In this document: piece by piece, positions 12,916-25,726 of the stretch | Numbering within the stretch: the stretch's first letter is position 1 | How the letters are laid out: each line of letters begins with the position of its first letter | Source of the DNA: Antedon mediterranea | Taxonomy: Eukaryota > Animalia > Echinodermata | Reading direction: 5' to 3' | Assembly (NCBI RefSeq): GCF_964355755.1 | Contig: NC_092677.1 | Span: forward strand, 8,268,101-8,332,100 | Length of the DNA stretch: 64,000 nucleotides | Program-made: the position numbers and the translations under genes | Notes under the pieces: model-generated | Seen by the model: the letters and a program-made list of their open reading frames with translations, nothing else | Database searches by the model: none | Told to the model about the DNA's origin: nothing

Positions 12916-13569
12916 TGAGAAGAAAATAAGAACTGCGTACATTTCGATGCCGTTTTTGACTGACTTGGATTGTCTTTTATTGTCTTTATACACAAAAAAG
13001 AAATATTGTGCCACTGTTGCTTGGTGGTTGACATGCTAAATTTTTTGTTGAACAAAATAAAAAAAACCAAACACAATAAGTATAAATATCTTAGTGACGT
13101 TTTGTTAACATGTTTTCAACTTCATCAAACTATTGTTTGGATTGTCTCTGTAAAATCTTGAAGTTGAGCACACATTGATATATTATATTACAGTATGTAT
13201 ATAATAATAACAGGATTTTTATAGTGCAGATACCACTCAAGAGTGCTCAAGGCGCATTCAAAAAAATAAAACAAATCATACAAATGCCCGACAAATAAAA
13301 TGCAATTTCTTTGGAGGGTCCCCATCCGTTCTCGTTCTGTCGCGGTCCCGGACCCTTACCTAGGTGACCAAACAAAGGAACAGGATACACATTTGCCTTG
13401 CCACAGACGACCGGGTGCTCAGAGACAACAACCAAGACAGAGGCACTCCAAAGATAATGCTGGTCAGGAAAAAGTATACTATACAATTCTAGAACTTTAA
13501 GAAACCTCATGATTCCCATATGCCTTAATGAATAAATGTGTTTTTAATAATTTTTTAAAAGTATCAACA

Positions 13570-13573
<4 letters not shown>

Positions 13574-13646
<73 letters not shown>

Positions 13647-13657
13647 ATATATATATC
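13574..13657. repeat. (TA)n microsatellite
   Basis: About 40 TA units with one interruption. Confidence 0.97.
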
Positions 13658-14122
13658 TTATACATTTGAAAACAGCATCTTAATATTTTTTGTTATAAAA
13701 TGTCAAATAAAAAAAAACCATAAGAATATCTCAAGTTTGGTTCGCATTGTATTATCGATGGCTGTGGAACTATATAAGACGAGTTCACACAGGAATTCGT
13801 GATCGACGGACGGACGGACCGACGAAGATGACGTCACCTCTCGTAGAAAATACGTATATTCTAATTATGAATACTGTATTGATAATATAAATTAGAAATA
13901 TGTTTTGTGACTTTGCAAGGAAAATGTATTCATTATTATATACATTATTTTACTTGTATTAGATAGGAGGACCATGATGTTAAATAATGTCTTTTAGACA
14001 CTGTTACATAGGCACCTTGACCGTACTGATTTTCCGCCGCGGAAATCTCCGGTTTCCGATACCATGCTTGTATTGAAACCCAAATCGGTCGGTCTATTGT
14101 CACTTACCACCTCAAGTTCAAC

Positions 14123-17100
14123 ATGGAACTTGGTAGCCTGTTAGTTATTCTGTTTTTAAAGTTTATACATAGTCATGGTGAGTATCTGATATTGTTTTAA
14201 TGCGAAGAATGGAAGGCCTAACGCTTTCTTGAATTACTATTAGGCCTATTAGCCAATTGGATAAACAAAATATTATGCTATTTGTCAAGTTTAAAATGTG
14301 TTCGTTCACTAGATTAATACCTTTTGAGATTCTTGAACGTTTATTTATACAGTATATAAAAACAAACTTACAGCTAACTTTTTAAAATTTGTTATCTATT
14401 TTTTATACAGGTAAACGTTTTAAAATGTGCTTTTGTTCTTTCAGTTTCTTTGATATTGCTACCATTGTTCTTTAGGTTTCTTTGATATTGCTACCATTTG
14501 AGATTCTTAGGTAAAGGTAAAAACATAAAAACCGTACAGCAAAACAAAAGTAAAACTTTTTCTATTTCTCTTTTTTGTAGGCGCAAGAATTACGGCTAGA
14601 ACTTTAAACTCCACATCTACAGTTGGCGATGATGTTTTCTTGAACTGTCCTGGAGCCAACGTTCAGATCGCGGTGTGGACGTTAAACGACAACTTCGTTA
14701 GTGAGGAGGACGGGCGCATCTACATCATACCAGGCCGTGGAATGCTGCTTTTGAACGTAGAGATAGCTGACACGGGTAGATACCTTTGTCGGAATGTCTT
14801 TGGAGATAAAATAGTTGAATCCACGATAGATCTAGACGTTGCTCCAGCTCTTGACCAACCAGAACTTGCAGAAACCAATTGTAAGTATAATATGAAGTTT
14901 CTAGTTGATGCTCAGTTGTTAATTTTTACCAATTCAGTAGACCTACTTGGAAAATATAATTTCGGTTATAGAAAAAGAAACTAAAAAACATGATTATTCC
15001 GTATTCAAATCCATCTTTCTTAACTCTATACTTGGTTTTATTTCGAGGTTATTGACTTTCTTTGAAACACAAAGAAAAAGGCCCATATTTGTCCAATTTT
15101 GCTTTGTTTTATATTCTCATAGTCTAGATGCCACTTAATTAGTATAGATTCGATTTTAAATTACTGGCCTCCCGATGTATTCACAGGGTATTTTACCTTT
15201 TTATACAGTATTTAAACAATTATTTAAATTCTAAATTTTCCTTGAAAATACAATAAGTAATGTTATTATTTTAATTGAATTGAATTGTATCGCTCTCTTT
15301 TCATAATGTTGATTGGGTGAACGTCAGTATTGGCATAGGTTTCTCTGTGTTAACATTGAGTGTTGTTTTTTTAATTGTAGTTAAATGTGGAACACCAAGA
15401 GCTCGAGGTAAGATCGTCGGAGGTAGGATGACGTATGCCGGACAAATACCATGGCAGGTCATGCTGTGGCACACACAGAAAAAGAAGCTCTTCTGTGGCG
15501 GGGCACTTTTGAACAGATTCTGGATTGTCACTGCAGCTCATTGTATACATTTAAGTGACGCCAGTAAACTAAACGTTAAAGTAAGTGTGGTTTATTTATC
15601 TTCATCATTTTTATTACTAACAACATTATCGTCATCATCACCAATTTCGCGGAGAATAGCAAGATTGCCAAGCAAAAAACTGTCACAGTCATGATTTCAG
15701 CCTAAATCAAAGTTTAACATGTATTTATAGCAGGATTCTGTATTAACAAGACCATAGGCCTACATGGCTGCAATTGCGTTTAAAAAGAGTTTACAGTCAT
15801 GACATCTACGGACTAGATGCCCTGAGTTTTAAAGCTAAATTGAAGTATGTAGATAATGCCTGTTGCATGTTCCAGGTCCGGTTAGGTGAGTGGGACGCTG
15901 ACACGGAAGAAGATTTTGAGAGCCATTTTGAAGTTAATGAGATAGTTATTCATCCTGATTACAACATAGAAACATTCGATTCAGATATTGCATTAATACG
16001 TCTTAAACAGCCAATACGCTATACGGATTATATACTTCCAGGTAATTACATACTTTAGTGTTTATTGTACATACATTATTTGAAGAACACGTGGGCTGAA
16101 AGTTTTAAACATTCTATTTCTGTATTTATGAAAGGAGATTAAAAGACTGCATTCTACTGATTAATATGAAACGTATGGTTAATGTGACGATGGTTATGTT
16201 ACGGAAACAGTTGGACGTCATAGTAATATGGAACGAAGAATGTAAGCCTAATAAATGAGTAATTTATAGAGAGTCCCAATTACGAATTTAATTTCTCACG
16301 GGTTAAGTGTAAATTGGTAAATAGTTCACGATGTAATCTCATGCTATACCAATTTGTAGTTTTCTTGTAGTACGGCATATTATTTTCTTTTCATATTATA
16401 TTTCAATATAGTTTGTCTACCAAGCCAACAACGTGCAGAGAAGCTGATAAAAGCCGGTCAGAAAGGTTTTGTATCTGGTTGGGGAGCAACCAAGGAGAAT
16501 GGAGATTATGTTCGCTACCTCCGTCGGGTAGGTTTATACTGCTGCCAGTAAGTGTACGGTGGTGTGAATTCAAGACAATTTAACAACAGGACACTGAACG
16601 CGCGTTGCTAAGATAGGAACTCGTAATAGTCATTTGATATTATGTCTGGCTGCACAAATACCAACAGTACTGTGATTGTGTACATATTCTCCACAGGTGT
16701 GCCCTGATCGTATCGCAGCCACAGATAAACCCTCTGATATCTCCGGAGCTCAGCAACCTGTTGTATTGTTGTATTTCCTTGATGAGACTGCCCATCTTCT
16801 CACCCGTTCAAAATAATGTAGGCATACCTATACTAAAATTCTAAACCAAACTCTGTTTTATCAAACTAGGTTCGTCTGCAAGTTAGAGATCAACATCTGT
16901 GTGGTACCCAACATTCTGATCTTATAACTAATAATATGTTTTGTGCTGCGCCAATGCCCGGGAAACAATCACGTGATGCATGTCAGGGAGACAGCGGAGG
17001 GCCCTTCGTGGTTCGTGTAGGTATTTTGTTTGAATTATTGTAGAATCGTTCCATTATATACAGCCATGTTACTTCTCTAGCAGGTACTTTAGTAAACAAA

Positions 17101-19945
17101 CTCACCGAGAAACAATGATGGAAGAGGAGCCTACATGTAGAAGTAACTTGTTTCTTTTTGTCTTTTCAATTTTCCATTTGAGAAGGTCTAATACCGTACT
17201 ATATTTATATATCAAACGGATATAATATGTTGCTGGTGGGCAAAATAAGTTTAAAAAGCATTGGACTAATTGAAAAATGCCTCGACCTTTCTGTTAGGCT
17301 ACAACTGTCTTCTTGAGTACCGTTGAAGATGGTTGCATAACAACCGAAGAATTTCTTGTATTTCATTTTCGAAATGTACCCTTAAACCTGGATAAGTGTT
17401 TATTCGCCTTAGTATTGGTTACCTGGTTAAAAGATGGTACTAGTAGGCCTAAATTAAATTTGCTCATCCTGCTTGAATAAACTAAGCCTACTGGCTCTTT
17501 ATGTAGGATTCGAATCATTGGTACCTGATAGGATTGGTCAGCTGGGGAATAGGCTGCGGAAGACCTGTGCATCCAGGTGTCTATACACGTGTTACGAGAT
17601 TCAAATCATGGATTGATGATATTATTCAGGATTACTCGTGCGACAATGGTAAGTAGGTCTATGTATGAAGATGCTGACTGCATGCTATCCAGCCGATCGC
17701 TACTTGACTTATCCGGCTCGTCAGTCTCCTGTTCAGCCTGGACAGTAGGCCTACAAGTAGACATAATCAGATGTCGTCACCGTGATGGTTAGTTATAGCC
17801 TACAGTAATAATGTAATGCTGCACTTATATATGGTTGGGCATATCGATGTTTAATTAAAGAATGTCATATAGACTTTTCAAATTCTCCTTTTTTTTTTAG
17901 CAAAAGAGCGAACATTTAATGCTTCCTTACAACATAAAGACGCAATAATTGAGACGCTGCAATCTCAGCTAGATAAAATAAGGTTTCTGTCGGGTAATGA
18001 ATCAGGTAAATATGTTTCAACAATTTTATCAATTATTCTGTTAAAAAGAAAATATAATATAATATCGTCAATATTTAATAATTATTGACACTTTCATATC
18101 AGTTCCTTTCTTTCATTGTTTTATTTTAAGAAACGGACACTATGATCGCCGCGGTACATCGAGGAGGGAGTGAACATACTCCGCATTTTACAGGTATTCA
18201 TGGCTTATTTATTATTGGTTTCTAGAATATCTATCTTGTCAAATTAAAAATATATTTTGCCAATTTTTTTTTGGTTTTTCGTAATATGATTATTGTTTTA
18301 TATTTAATGTAGATACTAGGTCAACAACTCCGCCTACAACGGAAATTTCCGACAGAACAACAGGTAATGTAGACCTAAGTTTATATTTATTCACCGGCAT
18401 CTAATTGGTTAATCGCCGGTCTATAGTTATTGCCATTTCCCCTTCGTCTCGGGATACTGATAATCTACAGCTCATATTCAGCTCGGTCAATATTTATATA
18501 CCATTGAAAAAAGATCAAAAGACCAAAAGGAAGACCGGACGGATGGCAGTTAACCTTAAAAAAGAAACTTTTCACTTTTCACATGCGGACCTTTACACAT
18601 GCTTGCTAAAAAATGTGCAAAGTGTTGAAGAAGAAGAAAAAGAAGAGATTGAAGAAAGTTATTTTTTCATATGCAAATTATTGGTTTCCTACGATTTTAA
18701 CACATACCGTAACTAGAATTAATGAGAGTACTATTATTGTTATTATTTTATTATCACTTTATGGGTAATTGTATATAATATTCAATCTAATATAATTCTG
18801 TAGAATCTTCAGTAACGCAGTCGCCAGCTTCCGAAACCTACCGCCTAGACAGATGGACACCGTATGAGTTTATATCAGAGGATACCTGGAATGATTGTGT
18901 CGGCGGACGACGCTATATCAGACCAACTGGTCTTATTATCGGATCGTATGTTGGAGTCGTGCTTTGTTCTTCTACTAAGTACAAAATATTCTTATCACAA
19001 CGTCCCAACGAGAAGTTCTTGTACGTATAATACCTTTTATAACATTTATTATATAACAAGTGAAAGATATACGTTCTACTACATTATATTTCTTGGCGAT
19101 CCAAGTGAACTGAGCGCATGTTTCAACTTCATTCTTAACTGCTTGGATGGTGGAATAAAACATGTTGTTAGGTGTAATGGATCTATGTGATATTCAGTCC
19201 TTTCAACAGAGCTGAGATGACCAGAAGACAGGGTAGCCCGTTTTTGTAGTACCTCCAGTTCTTATTTGAGAAAACCTGTTCTACCACTAGAACTATTGGT
19301 AGAAGAGTGTCCTGATTGTTGTTTAAGGCCAATCAACTTGACAACAGAAAAAAACTTAGTTCCCGATTAAGATACAATTGATAGCGAAGTTCCTATCCCT
19401 ATAGATCCTTACCTAGCTTTTAATTACTACACCGTATACCCGAGAATGTTCGATACGTAAAATCATAATAATCTATACCTATAATATGGCATATTTTAAC
19501 TGTTAAATAATACTTTTTTTATGAATCAATTTTAGAAACGTTGCAGATAGTCGAGGTTATGGACAGGACCACTGTCAGTTTGTCGGTGCGTCAATGTCAG
19601 ATCATTTTAAAATTGATAATGATAACTTTTGGGCAACACCCAGAACCAGAGGTAAATATGGCATATATATCTATTTATTCTGTCTTTATACTGAATGACA
19701 CTTTCAGGGCTAAAGCATTGATTTCCAAAGTGGTTCAGTAGAGAAACATTAACAATATAAAAAAATAGACAACTAACAAAAGAAAATGAGATTGAATCAT
19801 GCAGTACTAAAAATGTTACATATTCACAGGGTACTATAGAGCAAAGTGGAACGATATGTTACAAGTTGGCGACATAGGAGGTTTTATACATGGTGGCTGG
19901 CACAACTCGTTCAAGTGGTATGAGTGTGGCGTCGTTATACCGTAG
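14123..19945 (+). CDS. Secreted modular trypsin-like (S1A) serine protease: signal peptide, Ig domain, protease domain, coiled coil, S/T/P linker, ABI3BP/FNDC1-like C-terminal domain; about 597 aa, 13 exons
   Basis: Exons 14123-14177, 14581-14880, 15381-15580, 15876-16041, 16412-16527, 16870-17016, 17507-17648, 17901-18005, 18131-18193, 18313-18363, 18804-19020, 19536-19651, 19830-19945 (1794 nt, phases compatible). Signal [19 protein letters not shown]; Ig motifs LNC...W...DTGRYLC; activation site RGK|IVGG; triad [22 protein letters not shown]; [17 protein letters not shown]; ends [16 protein letters not shown] signals near 20028-20085. Confidence 0.88.
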
Positions 19946-21615
19946 TAGTTGTAGTAGGCCTAGTAGTAGTATAGAGGCTATGCCGAGCAATGGGATGAAT
20001 ATGACAGAGTAAAGCATAAGAAGAACGAATAAAGACAAGAGTGTAAATAATGATTATGAAAGTTGGTAATAATAAAGAAATAAAACAGGCATGTTCTCAT
20101 TTGTCTAAGTTTAGGCATATTTTCATAATATACTGTAGTTACATAATATGTAAGATGGAGCCAGTATACAGTTTAAAGCAGGTCGCTATTATGTCTAGTG
20201 TTAGACAATTTTAGAAAACTATGATATTTGAGTGCAGCTGATGTGGTTCATGTCTAAATCAGTGTTAACCAAGGCTGGACGCGTAGACTAAATTAAATCC
20301 GTGGACCAGACACTATCGATTGATTAATAGCCAGATATGAAATCGATAACAACATCAGTTAAAAGACAAATACTAGGCCTACATGTTAACTTTAATAGAA
20401 GAACTTTAAATTAGCCAGAAGATGGCCTAAATGAGAGTCTTTTCTTTTGCATTTTGTGCAACAAACATTGTACAAATTGTTGTGGAAAGAATAGTTACAT
20501 TTGCTTAAACTAAGTCAATCAGAATTCCTCTCATGCAACGTATAAGGATCATTATTTTTATTTATTTAAAAAATATAATCAAGGCTGAATTAAAACAATA
20601 TTAACAAACATAAAAATACCAATAAGAAATATCGTAAGAATTCAAATATCAAAAATATATTTAGGCCTATACAATGTCAAAAAGTCAAAATAGCAAAAAT
20701 ACACGCGAAGAGAACAGGGAATCATCTCATCAAAGTTTTGCGGGATTATTGACATCGTTCATCAGTGCGAGTTTTCTAGAATCATACCGTGATAGTACGA
20801 GAAATAACAGGGAACCATTTTGTAAATGTATTAGAACACGCATCGTGTGAATTTAATGGTCCCTCTTAACTCAAATTTTGACAAATTGGTCTCTGCAATC
20901 AACATAAGCCAATTAAAATCAAGATGTCTTCTCTGACATTTTTACCTCATTGTTCCCCAGAAAAATAATTTGTTAAATGTTTTAGGCAATCTTAATGTCA
21001 CATAATTATTTATTATGCCTACATTTATACCAAAAAAAATAGAAAGATCATTGCCTGGGTTTTTTAATTTTGCTGTTTATTTTAGCTTTTAAAAGCGAAA
21101 TCATAATTGTTTTTTGTTTAAAGTAAACATTTGACTATATAATTTATTTATATATATTTTCATGTTTTTGGACAGGTTATCTTTAAAAGATATGCCTGTT
21201 AAAATAGAAAATTTGCCGTAGAGATCATCAGTGATCAAGTTTACTTTTGAGACGTTTTGGTATTTCGTTTAAATAAAATACATTTTAGAAGGATATGTAT
21301 GGTTTAAAAATGATATGCTCTTTATCTGTTGTGCATCGTTATGATAAAGGTCCTCCGTTTTTCTTCGACCAAAGTTATATAATATTAAGTATGGAGTTAA
21401 GTACAGTACTATGGCCGAAATGTGAAGTGCGACCCCAACCCTCTGAATGCATTGTGAGAAAAAAAACAGTGATCGTCATTGTTTTGCGAATTATTGCGAG
21501 CTGCAGTTCGTAAGGAAATACATGAATACAATCTGTCTTCAAGGATGAGTTTTTATTTTAACAGGCAAAATCTATTAATAAGGTAACCGATTTTAGGAAT
21601 TACTTGCTCATTACC

Positions 21616-22890
21616 ATGAAGAAATTTTCTAAATCTGTTTATTCTAGAAGTAAATCTCGGGGAGACGAGTTTACCCAGCACCACCAGCCTTGTCTTCGTG
21701 ATGGTGGAGGTACCGGTGGTGGAGGTGAAAATGGCTTTCGTGTCCGACCTCGATCGAATTCTTTTTCTTCTTTACCAACGTTTGATATAAAGACGAATAA
21801 CCGTTTAGATGTAGTTTTACAAAACACTAATTCTAAACAAAAACCGTTACAGTCGTTTAAACGTAAGCTTACTGGTAAACTATTTAAAATGCGTCATAAG
21901 AACTATCAAGAATCGCCAAGTATTGGTGAGCCATACCAACCCGGAAGTACCGGAAAGGATCGGATTTCTAACGAAACAAGTTCTAGAAATGAACTTTGTG
22001 ATAAGCACAGCGATAAGTTTATAGAACGCCAAACACAACTTGGCCGTCTGTCAAAATCAGATGATGCCTTAGATTACTGTGAAGTCAAAGATGAAGTCAA
22101 ATTACCTGAAAACTGTTACGTTGTTAAAGATGAAAATTGTACAACTGATGATGGAAAAGTACCTCCCCCTGTGCCACCAAGAGCACCGAAAATGGAAGGT
22201 GTTTCAGGTAATGAACATGTAGAAACCGCACAAGAAGCACCAAGACCTCCAGCCAGACCAAAAAATAGGTCAATGGGGCGTCTACCAGGTCATTTAGAAA
22301 GATCCTTTGCATCAGTATCTTTAGATGGCAGCAATAGTAATCGTGCAACAGTGTATGAAATTCCAGAGGACCGGAATAGCATGCAAAGTACGCAAGTTTC
22401 TCTAGGTATTGGAGCGCAACTTATGAAACTGCCTCGGCAACCGTGGTACTGGGGACCTTTACGTCAACACGAAGCAGAGGAGAAATTGAAAAATTTACAA
22501 GATGGCATGTTTCTTGTCCGTGATAGCTCAGATGATCGCTACCTGTTGAGTCTTAGTTTTAATTCTAACGGACGAACTCTCCACACACGTATTGAGTACC
22601 GCAACGGACTTTTTAGTTTGAACGATTCAGAAGGCTACCCTTCAATAATAACATTAATAGAAAATGCAGTTCATGAATCAAAACATGGAGTGTTTGGATA
22701 CATGCGTGATTACAATGGTGTTCAGTCCTTTCCAGCTAAACTAACTGACTGGGTATCGCGGTTTAAAGAGGTTCGCTCGCTACAGTATTTGTGTCGGTTT
22801 GTTATCCGAGAAAAGTATGCACGTCATGTCATTCCGCAATTACCTATACCGTCGACAATCAAACATTACGTATTGGAAAATCAGTATTGA
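21616..22890 (+). CDS. SOCS6: Suppressor of cytokine signalling, SOCS6-like, 424 aa, single coding exon
   Basis: Uninterrupted ORF from accATG at 21616. Proline-rich N-region (PPPVPPR, PRPPARP); SH2 WYWGPL...FLVRDSSDDRYLLSLSF...LHTRIEY; SOCS box VRSLQYLCRFVIR...LPIPSTIKHYVLENQY. These motifs fit SOCS6 better than SOCS7 or SOCS4/5. Confidence 0.92.
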   Translation: MKKFSKSVYSRSKSRGDEFTQHHQPCLRDGGGTGGGGENGFRVRPRSNSFSSLPTFDIKTNNRLDVVLQNTNSKQKPLQSFKRKLTGKLFKMRHKNYQESPSIGEPYQPGSTGKDRISNETSSRNELCDKHSDKFIERQTQLGRLSKSDDALDYCEVKDEVKLPENCYVVKDENCTTDDGKVPPPVPPRAPKMEGVSGNEHVETAQEAPRPPARPKNRSMGRLPGHLERSFASVSLDGSNSNRATVYEIPEDRNSMQSTQVSLGIGAQLMKLPRQPWYWGPLRQHEAEEKLKNLQDGMFLVRDSSDDRYLLSLSFNSNGRTLHTRIEYRNGLFSLNDSEGYPSIITLIENAVHESKHGVFGYMRDYNGVQSFPAKLTDWVSRFKEVRSLQYLCRFVIREKYARHVIPQLPIPSTIKHYVLENQY

Positions 22891-23437
22891 AAATTCTACT
22901 AAACAAGACAATTCTGGATTATTGATTGAACTAATTTTTCATGGTGTTAACCCTTTGAATAAATTCTAGTTTTTGATATTCACTCTTTTTAGTTCCATTC
23001 AAACTTTCAAAATGAAGGTTTACTCATTTTATGCAATTTTTTAGAATGCACTATTTTATACTGTGTTTTAAATTCTTGAATGTCTAAAATAGCTAAAATT
23101 GGAATATTTTTATGCAAAATGATCCAACCAAAAATGTGTATAAGTACTCTGATACAGTACCTGGTTAGTGTACAGCAACACTGTAACTACAGCAGAACCC
23201 TCTTTCAGTAAAACACCTGAAACGTACGAGGGGAATATATTTAACACTACTGTACAACTTTTACTTTAACACCCCTATTAAGGGATACTCTTCTGTGAAG
23301 TGAATGAGGAAATTATGTTGTTTTAATACTATGCCAACTCATATTCCTCGGACATCCCTTTGGGGACACTTTGTTGGTTCTGAAAGAGGTTCTACTTCAT
23401 ACCACAGTGCATGCTGCAGATTTTTAATTGCTTACTG

Positions 23438-23476
23438 ACTATGGGACCCATGACTATGGGACCCATGACTATGACA
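23438..23476. repeat. 15-bp tandem repeat GACTATGGGACCCAT, about 2.5 copies
   Basis: Directly visible downstream of the SOCS6 stop. Confidence 0.85.
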
Positions 23477-25726
23477 TGAAAATGTCACTTCCTACTTTTT
23501 TATTACTGTTTGTACAAAATTTGTAATTTTAAAATAAATTCATTAACGTAGACCTAATGCCAAATCACTGTAAGTAATTATAACTGGTTTTATTATTACT
23601 CGCTGATTGTATATGTTGTACATTCCAATGAAAAAAACATTTTTTCACAAGTGCCAAATTGTAAATACAAATTATCATTGAATAATTAATATTGATTGTT
23701 AAATTTATCTAAAAAAAAAATAATAATTTTCTTAGTACAATACTGTATTTGTGTACTTATGGTATTAATATCTATAATTGGAATACTTTTATATAAAAAT
23801 AGTGTTAATTAAGAGGAAAATTTATTTGAACATTTTTTTTTAAACGACAAGGATCTATTACCGTATATGAGTATAATCTCACCCTCTAATTTTAGACCAA
23901 ATTTGGAGATAATTTTAAGATTTTGATGAATACATTATTTAATTAATAATTAAGTGTAATCCTACCAAACCTGGGATTATACTCGATCATACAGTAATTG
24001 AAACTTGTCGACAGCTTGTCCCTGGGCTGGCCCGCAATATTTGGTAGTGGAATAGAAATGCCCTATTTAAATACATTTTGTTTTTTTAATTACTTACACA
24101 GGATGTATAGATATGCTTACTGTAGTTAAAATAAATATCAAGTATGATTAAAGATTACACAAGAAACGTGATTATTGTATTATTCATTTTCGGGCAAAAT
24201 AAAACAAAATTTGTTAGTTTTGCGTCTAAGATGAACACACATACATTACTATTTTAGCTAATTATCATAGAATGATTTATTAACAGTCCACCGGTCGACA
24301 TTTCGGACTTCAGTACGTTTGGCAATCGCATGATTTGTCTGAATATGACCATTAAAAAAAAAATACAGTCAACTCTCCCAATAACATTGGTATTACTATG
24401 AAATTCTAGTATTTGGAATGTGTTTTTAATGGTAACGTGGAAATTAGGACTTTGGTCCTCAAGAAAATGTATTGGAGAGTTTGTTTTCAGAGAGTCTGGT
24501 AATCATATTGGGAATTTGAACAATTTTGTCTATTTGGCGTAAAAAATAAAATACTGTACTAATTGTAGTTTTTCAAAATGTTTGAAATTCTAGTTTAAAA
24601 GCCAGTTTATTTTTGTGCAACATTGCATTTGTTTAATCCAATGAACATAGACATCACTATAAACACACAAGTTCATTGTCGGTATATTGCTGTTGGTGGT
24701 TCCACAGGTTGGATATGACATCATCATACTTTACAGTACAGATGTTTCTTTGTATAGTTACTAGCCTCATCCTGTTTGGATTCCTTTTGATACAACGCCC
24801 ACACAATTGCATGTTCCTGGTGTGATTGGTAATCTCCCTGATGCTTTACAAATTAATGAAACAGTAAACCTAAAACGCCCGAAACTGTCGCAATTGGAAT
24901 GAACCAAAACAGTGTTTTGTTGTTTTTCTATTTAAAGTGGCAGTTATTTTTATTTTTTTCTGATAAGCAAGTTTTACATGAAGAACCATAAAGAGGGCCA
25001 TAGTTATTTACATTTATTTTTGGATGGATTTTTTTGTTAATATGTAGACTCCATTGAATGTCAAACCAAAAAAAACATTTAAAGAACTGTCCCTGGGCCT
25101 TACTCCTCCTTTCAAGACACCCTTATTCAGGGAACACCAAAAGGGGAAATTTTACCATCAAAGAAATACTGCAAGTGTCACAATGTAATGAAGTATAATG
25201 CTATGATTTGACCAACCCCTACACAAAGGACACTCCTAATTAAGGGGGAAACTTTGCTGGGTCTGAAAGTGTCCCCTTAATAGGAGTTCTACGCTATTGT
25301 TATGTAACAATAACAACAAAACTACTATTACAGAGAGTCTTATGACCAATGAGACATAATTGCACAATCATAATCTGAATGATCGCTAATATTACATAAT
25401 ATATTAATATAATAATAATAATGAGTCATATTTTGTTAAAGATTTCGATATTTTTAGATAACAGTCTTCTATAGAACATTAATGAAAGATTGTATTTGAT
25501 TTGAAATATTGCTCATTTAAAATACACAACAAATCCTAAAATTACTTAATTGAAAATTTAAAATTAAATGTCATTATTTGTGTACATTAAGCAAATTTTA
25601 CTGATTTAATGTGAATTTATAGATAGTTTAATTATAAAATTATTAAAAATTTGATCAGCATGAACGATACAGTACATTCCTAAACTTAAGTTTCCAAATA
25701 ATTTAGTATTTTGTTACATGTCTCAG

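Noticed and set aside
18864-19190. 108-aa ORF in the supplied track
   Set aside because: Wrong-frame shadow of protease exon 11 running into the intron.
18975-19340. Minus-strand coding-looking stretch (ITPNNMF, similar to the protease ITNNMF)
   Set aside because: Frames are broken and no other protease motifs are present; chance match or transposon debris.
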